Of a stretch of 64,000 nt of DNA, positions 1 through 7,596 are shown one piece after another; positions within the stretch are counted from its first letter, which is position 1, and every line of letters starts with the position of its first letter. Source of the stretch: Mariniblastus sp. (GTDB taxonomy: Bacteria; Planctomycetota; Planctomycetia; Pirellulales; Pirellulaceae). A program made the position numbers and the translations under genes. A model generated the notes under the pieces. That model saw only the letters and a list, made by a program, of their open reading frames with translations, had not been told where the DNA came from and did not search any database. Where the stretch lies: NCBI GenBank assembly GCA_022447555.1, contig JAKVBF010000010.1, positions 205,257 through 269,256 of the forward strand, given 5' to 3'.

Positions 1-1
1 C

Positions 2-583
2 GGGTTTCATGATGTCCTTTGGAATGCACCCTTTGTGGTTGCTGCCAGTCAGTTGTTGGGCGGGGCCGTCCGTTTCTGGCATGACCAATTGTTTTGTAAG
101 CCACCGCGTCATGGTGGGGTGGTTGCGTGGCATCAGGATTATTCCTATTGGACTCGAACAACGCCCATGCAGCATCTGACATGTTGGATCGGGCTGGATG
201 ATAGTCATGTCGACAATGGTTGTTTGAATTATGTTCCCGGTAGTCATCGTTGGCAGCTGTTGCCAACCACCGATCTGGCTGGCGAGATGAACGGGCTGGA
301 GCATGTTTTGACAGAGGAACAGCTGGCCCAATTTTCAGCCCCGGTGGCGATTGAGCTGGCGGCTGGAGAGTGTGCTTTCCATCATCCCCTGATGGTTCAT
401 GGTTCCTTTGCCAATACAACGCCTGACCCGCGACGGGCTTTGGTGTTGAATGTATGCCGGGATGGTGTCTTATCGGCAACGAATAAAGAGCTACTGGCGG
501 GTATTCCAACGGTTCCTAAGGGTGAGAAACTCGACGGCCAGTTCTTCCCGTTACTCTTTCAGCCGAAAGCCAAGATTCGGTAA
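2..583 (+). CDS. phytanoyl-CoA dioxygenase (PhyH) family Fe(II)/2-oxoglutarate oxygenase, 5' end outside window
   Basis: Frame is open from base 2. WHQDYSYW (HxD) and HHPLMVHGS (distal His) motifs are typical of PhyH-type dioxygenases. Confidence 0.75.
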   Translation, partial: GFHDVLWNAPFVVAASQLLGGAVRFWHDQLFCKPPRHGGVVAWHQDYSYWTRTTPMQHLTCWIGLDDSHVDNGCLNYVPGSHRWQLLPTTDLAGEMNGLEHVLTEEQLAQFSAPVAIELAAGECAFHHPLMVHGSFANTTPDPRRALVLNVCRDGVLSATNKELLAGIPTVPKGEKLDGQFFPLLFQPKAKIR

Positions 584-760
584 GATTCCGTGAGATCCGA
601 TAATCGGACGGTTATCACTCTGTCCAAACCTAAAAAAGTTTATCAAGCCGCGCCAGTTTTTGGTTTAGCATTTTATGGGTTGCTATTTTGTGATCGATTG
701 ATAGGTTCGAGTTGAGAATCTGGGCTATAATCAAGCTTCCCTCCCACCCCGAAAGCTTCC

Positions 761-2350
761 ATGCCGCAAGAGTTCATCAAGCTACCTTGTCCTGAGTGCG
801 GCAAACGCCTCAAGCTCGTCGCGCAGACGAAACGTAAAAAGATCGTTTGCCCCTCGTGCGGACACGTTTTTCGAATGCAACCCAATGGTGATTCAGTTAT
901 TGCCGGACAATTATCGGGGAAGTCGTTTGAGGAATTAAGTCCCGCTGAAGTGGAAGCGATGCGGTTAGGACAAAATGGATCGAGTAAGAGCGACGTCTCA
1001 CGGCCCCACTCACCCGACTCCTCCCATACAAGTTCCTCTTATGTGAGGCAGGAAAAGGCCGTTCAGTGGGTGGCTCAACGAGAGCAGGCGCATGCGGTGA
1101 TGCTGCGGCGGCACCGGCGGGTTGGAGTGGTTCTTGTTGGTGTGGCGATCACGGCAATCACCGCTCATTTTTTCGGATACCGGTTTCAATTTCTAGATGG
1201 TCTCGCTTTAGGACTAACTGGTGGCGGAGGTGTATTTTACTTTGTCATCTTAGGTATGCTCGGAGCCATGCTGGTGGGTCATGCAGTCCGTCGATCAATT
1301 CCTAGATCAATGACCTTTGCTTCGGCTGCTGCGATCCTTTTAGTCCTCGGTGGGGTGGCTAGTTTCGTATCAGCTCGATGGGTCGATGCCAAACGGTCTG
1401 ATCGGATGTTGGCAGGCATCGCTTCTGATTCTCAGCAGTCCGTCGGTAAACACGATTCGGATCTTCACCTTAAAGCTCGGCTCAGAAGAGCCGAGCCTAG
1501 AAGGGTGACGCCCCCCGATGGAAGTCGGCTTCGACGTGGGCAAACGACGAAAGCGGGAAATGGTTTTATCGAGTATCCAACCATTTCGTCCGGAGGTTCA
1601 AGTTTAGAATTGAGTCCAATCGCGGGCACCACGAAGACGTCCGCAGAGATGTTTCGGCCGGCGGATCAGGCGGCAGACATATCCGTATCCAAAATTGATG
1701 AAGAGCGGAAACAAAACCCTTTTAAGGCGATGAATTCGGCTGTCTTCGGTGCGACGGATACGGGGTCAGCAGAGGGTGAAGATTTCGATTTGCCAGAACC
1801 GGAATTGGTTCGAGATCTATTGAACCATCCGGTAAAACGGGCGGCCATGCGAGACCGAGAAAGTGGGTTGCGACCGATCCGCCGCATTGGAGGCGACATC
1901 ACAGAGAGGGCGCGATTGGGACAATACACATTGACCTCGACAGCCGGTCGTGAAACGAAGTTAGGGATGATCTATTTTCGGGATCAACCCTGTATCGGTT
2001 TGGACGCGTTAAAATCGACCCCGCCTGATCAGGCTGCCTTTGAGTTGATCTTGCCAATCCATGGGCTACCTGAGTTTCCCAATTCGTTGCGTCACAAAAA
2101 AGGTTACTTTCTGGTCGGAATCAAAGTGAATGTTCAGCAGGGAGAAGTGGTCGGGGTTCAAGCTCTCTTAGCGCCGGTCAAGGGCTCCCGTTTGAATGTG
2201 GACCGGTCGGTAGCCAGCAAGTGGGCCGGGCAGGAGACCGCGCCGGAGCAATTCCAAGTGGTGGCTGAAACAGGTCAAGCTGTTTGTGGGATTGTGGTTT
2301 ACGAGGAAAAGCTAAAGATCACCGGAATCGGTTTGGTGGTTAAGAAATAG
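761..2350 (+). CDS. hypothetical membrane protein with N-terminal CxxC...CxxC zinc ribbon
   Basis: 529-aa ORF. It has CPECG...CPSCG at the N-terminus, several hydrophobic helices (aa ~120-215), a charged linker and a beta-rich C-terminal region. No family recognised. Confidence 0.6.
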   Translation: MPQEFIKLPCPECGKRLKLVAQTKRKKIVCPSCGHVFRMQPNGDSVIAGQLSGKSFEELSPAEVEAMRLGQNGSSKSDVSRPHSPDSSHTSSSYVRQEKAVQWVAQREQAHAVMLRRHRRVGVVLVGVAITAITAHFFGYRFQFLDGLALGLTGGGGVFYFVILGMLGAMLVGHAVRRSIPRSMTFASAAAILLVLGGVASFVSARWVDAKRSDRMLAGIASDSQQSVGKHDSDLHLKARLRRAEPRRVTPPDGSRLRRGQTTKAGNGFIEYPTISSGGSSLELSPIAGTTKTSAEMFRPADQAADISVSKIDEERKQNPFKAMNSAVFGATDTGSAEGEDFDLPEPELVRDLLNHPVKRAAMRDRESGLRPIRRIGGDITERARLGQYTLTSTAGRETKLGMIYFRDQPCIGLDALKSTPPDQAAFELILPIHGLPEFPNSLRHKKGYFLVGIKVNVQQGEVVGVQALLAPVKGSRLNVDRSVASKWAGQETAPEQFQVVAETGQAVCGIVVYEEKLKITGIGLVVKK

Positions 2351-2530
2351 AACGTCACAACCTCATTTTTAGACATCTCGGAAATTTGCTGGGCTGATGG
2401 CACGCTTGTTTATTTTTATTTGCTGGCGACAATGAGGTTGCTGGCATTATAAGATACCCGCCTATGGCATTTGGAATTCGCGATGTAGCGATTCACTTGT
2501 TCCTAAACGACTTCAAGCGATGTTCTAAAA

Positions 2531-3619
2531 TTGCACACTCTGGTTCCCGTCGACTTGCAAACTGAACCTTACACGATCCGTATTGAAGCGGGCGTGCTAA
2601 GTGAGCTGTCTCGTTGTCTCCCCTCGGCAGCGCAGGCCGTTGTGATCTCGGATACACAAGTCGCTGACCACTATCTTGCTCTCGTTTGTGAGTGTTTGCA
2701 GGAGAATTTTGAGCGAATCGACACGATCACGGTTCCTGTCGGTGAGTCCTCAAAATCAGTCGAGCAGGCCGAATCAGTATGGAATCAATTGGCGGAACTG
2801 GGTACCGACCGGGCTTCGGTGATCATTGCTTTGGGGGGGGGAGTGGTCGGGGACCTTGCCGGGTTTGCTGCGGCTACCTTTGCAAGGGGAATTCAGTTGA
2901 TACAGATTCCCACCAGCCTGCTGGCTCAGGTTGATAGTAGCGTGGGAGGGAAGGTTGGAATCAATCTTCCTTCCGCCAAAAATATGGTCGGCGCGTTCTG
3001 GCAGCCGAGTCACGTGGTGATTGACCCCTCAGTCCTGAACACTTTGGATGAGCGGAATTACGTCGCGGGTTTGGCTGAAGTTGCCAAATACGGCGTGATT
3101 ATGGACGCAGCGTTTCTCGAGATGTTGGAGAACCGTGTCGCTCGAATCCACTCGCGAGACCCGGAATTTTTAAGCGAAATGATCGCTCGCTGTTGCCAAT
3201 TAAAGGCTCAGGTTGTCGTGGAAGATGAGCGAGAAACCACGGGGCGGCGGGCTATATTGAATTATGGTCACACGTTCGGTCATGCCATTGAGGCTGTCTA
3301 TGGTTATGGAGAGTATTTGCACGGCGAGGCGATCAGTATCGGAATGCAGATGGCGGCTGAGTTGTCGGCAGAGATCGGGATGCTAAAAGATGATTTATCC
3401 TTGAGACAATCGCAGTTGTTGCAGGATTTACATTTGCCTGTAAGGTTGCCGGATGACCGCCGTCTGGAGTTATTAGAAGCGATGAAGAAAGATAAAAAAG
3501 TCAATGCAGGGCAGTTGCGATTAATCTTGCCAGAACAGGCGGGCTTTGTGAAACAGGTGATCGCGCCAAGTGAGCAAACCCTACTGTCTTGCATGGAGGC
3601 GTTCGTGAATACGGACTAA
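2531..3619 (+). CDS. aroB: 3-dehydroquinate synthase
   Basis: GGGVVGDLAGFAAATFARGI..IPTSLLAQVDSSVGGKVGINL and the HTFGHAIE metal-binding motif. TTG start. Confidence 0.92.
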   Translation: MHTLVPVDLQTEPYTIRIEAGVLSELSRCLPSAAQAVVISDTQVADHYLALVCECLQENFERIDTITVPVGESSKSVEQAESVWNQLAELGTDRASVIIALGGGVVGDLAGFAAATFARGIQLIQIPTSLLAQVDSSVGGKVGINLPSAKNMVGAFWQPSHVVIDPSVLNTLDERNYVAGLAEVAKYGVIMDAAFLEMLENRVARIHSRDPEFLSEMIARCCQLKAQVVVEDERETTGRRAILNYGHTFGHAIEAVYGYGEYLHGEAISIGMQMAAELSAEIGMLKDDLSLRQSQLLQDLHLPVRLPDDRRLELLEAMKKDKKVNAGQLRLILPEQAGFVKQVIAPSEQTLLSCMEAFVNTD

Positions 3620-3650
3620 CTATCTTGGCGGGGAATGCTTTTGGAATCAT

Positions 3651-4814
3651 TTGGTTCGAGGCGATAATGAGAAAGCTGAGGTTTTTTTGAACCAGGAAAT
3701 TCCCAATTCGAAATCCATGGCCGAGCGTGATGCCGTCATGCGTTTGAGTTTAGTGAGTGGAGTCGGCCCACGCATTTTTGATGATTTATTACAATGTTTC
3801 GGTTCTGCCGAAGGGGTCTTAAACGCTTCTTCGGATCAGCTAAAGTCGATTTCTGGTGTGGGTTTTAAGTTGGCTGCCGCGATTCGTTCCGCGGGCCAGA
3901 TCGATATTAAATCGGTTCAAGAATTGTGTCAAAAGCACTCCATAAAAATATTGGATCGTGGCTCGGTCCAGTATCCTAAACTATTATCCCAAATACATGA
4001 TCCTCCCAATATTCTGTATCAACAGGGCGCCTTACTAGCCCAGGATGAGATCGCGATTGCGGTTGTGGGAAGCCGGCATGCGACGAATTATGGTAAATCA
4101 ACCGCTGAAAGGCTTTCTCGGGAATTGGCGATGTCCGGGCTTACGGTTGTTTCGGGATTAGCACGCGGTGTTGATGCGATTGCCCACCGGTCGGCCCTCG
4201 AAGCCGGCGGAAGAACAATTGCTGTGCTGGGTAGCGGGTTGCTCAATATTTATCCCCAAGAGCACATCGAGTTGGCCTTTGATATCCGCAAGCGTGGGGC
4301 TGTCCTTTCTGAACTCGCGCCGCGAAATGCACCTCATAGTGGCGCCTTTCCTCAACGCAACCGTATCGTCACTGGGATTTCATTGGGCGTGGTCGTGGTT
4401 GAGGCGGCTGAGCGAAGTGGTGCTTTGATTTCTGCACGGCTGGCCATGGAGCAAGGCCGAGAGGTATTCGCAGTGCCGGGGCGAATTGATAGTCGGATGT
4501 CGCGAGGCTGTCATGAGCTCTTAAGGGACGGTGCGAAGTTGGTTGAAACGGTTGACGATATTCTGGAAGAGTTGGGTCCGTTGGCCGTGCCGACGACAAA
4601 CTCCAAAGGCATGGAGTTACGACATCCGGCGGAATTGAAATTGACCGATCAAGAGCAAATGATTCTGCGGTCTATCGGTGCCGAAGTGACGCAGCTCGAA
4701 TCAGTCTTGGAGCAAACAGGATTGCCGGCATCTCGTGTTTTGTCCACCATCAGTGTTTTGGAGATTCGTCGTCTGGTCCGGCGAGTCAGCGGAACCGCAT
4801 TTGTTCGGGTCTGA
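3651..4814 (+). CDS. dprA: DNA-processing protein DprA (Smf)
   Basis: GSRHATNYG...VVSGLARGVDAIAHRSALEAGGRTIAVLGSGL..YPQEH Rossmann core. The in-frame ATG at 3717 (MAERDAV...) is a likely alternative start. Confidence 0.9.
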   Translation: MVRGDNEKAEVFLNQEIPNSKSMAERDAVMRLSLVSGVGPRIFDDLLQCFGSAEGVLNASSDQLKSISGVGFKLAAAIRSAGQIDIKSVQELCQKHSIKILDRGSVQYPKLLSQIHDPPNILYQQGALLAQDEIAIAVVGSRHATNYGKSTAERLSRELAMSGLTVVSGLARGVDAIAHRSALEAGGRTIAVLGSGLLNIYPQEHIELAFDIRKRGAVLSELAPRNAPHSGAFPQRNRIVTGISLGVVVVEAAERSGALISARLAMEQGREVFAVPGRIDSRMSRGCHELLRDGAKLVETVDDILEELGPLAVPTTNSKGMELRHPAELKLTDQEQMILRSIGAEVTQLESVLEQTGLPASRVLSTISVLEIRRLVRRVSGTAFVRV

Positions 4815-4905
4815 TTTCGTTTTCTTTTAGGATGCGTTTCGAATCGGTCTTGTTGCATCCTCCCAGATGTGATGGCCGATCGTCGGCAGCGATAAGCGAA
4901 TCGCC

Positions 4906-5340
4906 TTAATCCGCCGGTTTTGTTTTGCGGCGAGCCATTAGTGTCACAGAGTTCCCGGTTGGGTTGTAGATTGCCTGATCGACGAAATTTTTGATCATTG
5001 CAACGCCACGTCCGCTCGGGAGTTCAAGATTCACGTCCTCGGTTGGATCAGGAACGTCCTCGAGACAAAATCCCTCCCCTTCATCCGTGATTTTGGCTTG
5101 GAACTGCTCTTTGGTTAATTCGATTTCTACGCAGACCGTTTTGGATTCATCATTTAGATTACCGTGTTTGATTGCGTTCATCAGAGCCTCTTCCATCGCC
5201 AGGTGAATCCCAAAGATTTGCCGGTTGGTCCATTGGGACAGCTCTAATTGGTCGAGCAATTCACGAATCAAATCGACGGCATGTCGCGACGAACTTGGGA
5301 TCGATTTCTGTTTTCGCCAAGCGGGTTCCAAAGGATTCAT
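4906..5340 (-). CDS. anti-sigma-factor serine kinase, RsbW/SpoIIAB-like (HATPase_c)
   Basis: 144 aa. N-box EEALMNAIKHGN and DEGEGF G1-like motif. It lies directly downstream of a STAS gene. Confidence 0.8.
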   Translation of the reverse strand: MNPLEPAWRKQKSIPSSSRHAVDLIRELLDQLELSQWTNRQIFGIHLAMEEALMNAIKHGNLNDESKTVCVEIELTKEQFQAKITDEGEGFCLEDVPDPTEDVNLELPSGRGVAMIKNFVDQAIYNPTGNSVTLMARRKTKPAD

Positions 5341-5372
5341 GGTTCAATCGAGATTTGTTGAAATGGTTTCAA

Positions 5373-5756
5373 TCAATCACTGGTCGATTTAACGAACGAA
5401 CGAATGGCATCGGATTGCTGTTCTCGGATATCGAACAATCCGTCTAAATTGGTAAAACTGAAAAGATCGCGGACTTCGGGGCGAAGATTACTGAGTTTTA
5501 TTTCCCCTCCACCGGCCCGCATTCTTTTTTCTAAAACAATTAACTTATTGATGGCGGCACTTGAAAAGAAACGAACATCTTCAAAATTGATTAATAGATT
5601 TCGTTGATCATCGTCTCCCGCAAGCGACATGAGCTCTTGCCCCATTTTTTCGATCCGGCTGGGATCCATTACTTTTTCGTCTTTGAACCGAACGACAGAA
5701 ATTTCATCGACATCTTCAAGCTTAATACAATCAAACGGCATTTCGATGGCCAACAA
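5373..5756 (-). CDS. STAS-domain anti-sigma-factor antagonist (RsbV/SpoIIAA-like)
   Basis: 127 aa. NFEDVRFFSSAAINKLI carries Ser at the usual phospho-acceptor position. It is paired with the RsbW-like kinase. Confidence 0.8.
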   Translation of the reverse strand: MLAIEMPFDCIKLEDVDEISVVRFKDEKVMDPSRIEKMGQELMSLAGDDDQRNLLINFEDVRFFSSAAINKLIVLEKRMRAGGGEIKLSNLRPEVRDLFSFTNLDGLFDIREQQSDAIRSFVKSTSD

Positions 5757-6332
5757 TTTAAGGTAAGTGAATCGGGTAACAGGGAAAGCGAGTCGGACTA
5801 GCTAGTGATCCGACCTCAGCCGAAGCAAATCCGATAGTGTCCCAACCCCTTTATGATAAACCGAAGGGGTGCGAATTCAAAACGGGTCATTGAGAACCGA
5901 TCGTGGTTGACCCGAATGTGAGTTTGGGTGGTTTGACGGAAGGTTCCCCGGGTTTGGCTAAACAGCTTCATTTGAAGTGTTTCGAGGAAATCTGAACCGT
6001 TTGCCTGCAGAGTGGGCAGCTCGGGAGTTTACAGTTTGAGAAACCGACGAGGTGGTCTCGGAACGATTCGTCCAGACGGTGTGAGACCGCTTACGCTCTC
6101 TTAGAAGACCAAGGAGGTTCTTGTCATGAGCTAGATTTGGCTTCGGTTGGGCGGGCGCTTTCTTTAATACAGAGTGAGGTGGTCCATATCGAGAGTGGAG
6201 CCATTTTGTCGATCCTCAGCAAAAAACCGACCAGCTGTCGTTCCCGCGCGCCTCGAACCAATGTTCTTTGGATCCATGGGGTAAAGAAGAGTGATCAATC
6301 TTCAGCGGCAGGCAGCAAGCGTTGTCTGCAGA

Positions 6333-6731
6333 TCAGGTGGGACGTCCCAATGCAGCACCGTGAAGGAACAGAACCGCACCCAGAAAAATCAATGGCCAGC
6401 ACGTCCAAGAAGGTGGTGTGATTTGTTTCAGTTCCACGGATGCGGTTGCGGCGTCGGCGTCTTGGTCATGAGTTCCCTTTGAAAAAGATGCTTGTGATGT
6501 AGGGGTTTGTTTAGATAGGTTTTGGTTATTGTTTCCAAAGCCAAATCCGGAGCCGAAATCTGAGGTTTCTTCTTCAACGCTAGGTACCTCTTCCAAGAAA
6601 AGAGGAACGCTGAAACGCTCGTTGTAAAAGTCTGTGAATTGAGATTTCATCACATAGGTATCAACATAATTCAGTTGAATGCCAAGCAGTACCAGTAATG
6701 CACCGGTGGTCATAATTGAAGAACGACTCAT
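6333..6731 (-). CDS. hypothetical small membrane protein
   Basis: ORF open to 6824. The ATG at 6731 gives MSRSSIMTTGALLVLLG with a hydrophobic helix at each end and an acidic/Gly-rich middle. No family recognised. Confidence 0.45.
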   Translation of the reverse strand: MSRSSIMTTGALLVLLGIQLNYVDTYVMKSQFTDFYNERFSVPLFLEEVPSVEEETSDFGSGFGFGNNNQNLSKQTPTSQASFSKGTHDQDADAATASVELKQITPPSWTCWPLIFLGAVLFLHGAALGRPT

Positions 6732-7596
6732 CAGATCGCCTGTTTCGATTAAAGTCAAATGTAGGGACTTCGCAGGGCGTTTGTGAGGCAAGAACTCCTT
6801 TTCTCGTGACACATGCTCTACCACTCTTACCTCTTTTATCGTGCGCCAAAGATGCCCGGCTTAAGCTGGCATCACCGGCCGCTCATTATGTCGGGTCGTC
6901 TGTATCCGATGGTATTGACGTGTTTATCGATCACAACGAATAGTTGCATGCGGGGCGGGACATGGTCGGGTAAAAGCGGGTCTCTCAAACCGCTGCCAGC
7001 GCTAGGTTCGCCATGGGTTCATTTATCAGTATGTCCGTTTCGTTTCTGAACGGTTTTCCCGTTGATGTAAATCGCGAAAGATCGTGTTGACCAAGGGAAC
7101 TCTTTTCGGATCGAGACACGACGGTGTTTTTAACTTCAAGAAAACCGAAAGGATTACGTACTACTTAATTGGAATCGCAATGTTCGACCGTTTAGGCTAT
7201 TTTAAATGCGGCAGGAGCTTCGCCGATGGAAGGCCTGCATCTATGAAGGTGGCAATGGGATGTATGTTGTTAGGAGGACTTGGCATTATCACTGGTCTAC
7301 TTACCCTACCTTTTAATACAAAGAGACGGTCACCGCGACCACTTTCTGTCCGAAGATTTATCCAGGCGGTCTTCATTCGTCGAGTTTCAGGGTGCGTTCT
7401 TTGTCTTTTTGTTTTTTTAACCGTACCCAGCCTCGAGGCCGATGACGGCGCGATCGGAGAGACCGTTTCGCCCCGTTTATCGAATGAGTGGCCGTGCCAC
7501 TCGAAGCCGTGGATGGCTCGCTTGACTCGGCCTAGCCGCGTCGCTGCGGGAGTTCGCGCTTCTCAAACGTCTGGTCTATTCGACGTGGACCTTGAG

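Noticed and set aside
2398-2415. TGGCAC upstream of aroB as a possible sigma-54 -24 element
   Set aside because: The -12 position reads TTTA rather than TTGC, and no GC dinucleotide sits at the required 10-nt spacing.
2833-2841. G9 homopolymer inside aroB considered as a phase-variation tract
   Set aside because: It simply encodes the conserved Gly-Gly-Gly of the AroB nucleotide-binding loop (TTG GGG GGG GGA). aroB is an essential housekeeping gene, so it is an unlikely contingency locus.
7084-7596. Full-length 951-aa reading of the Aas-like ORF
   Set aside because: It is not discarded outright, but the enzyme-family N-terminus aligns near 7597-7684 and the extension has no family support. 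It is kept as an open question in the findings.
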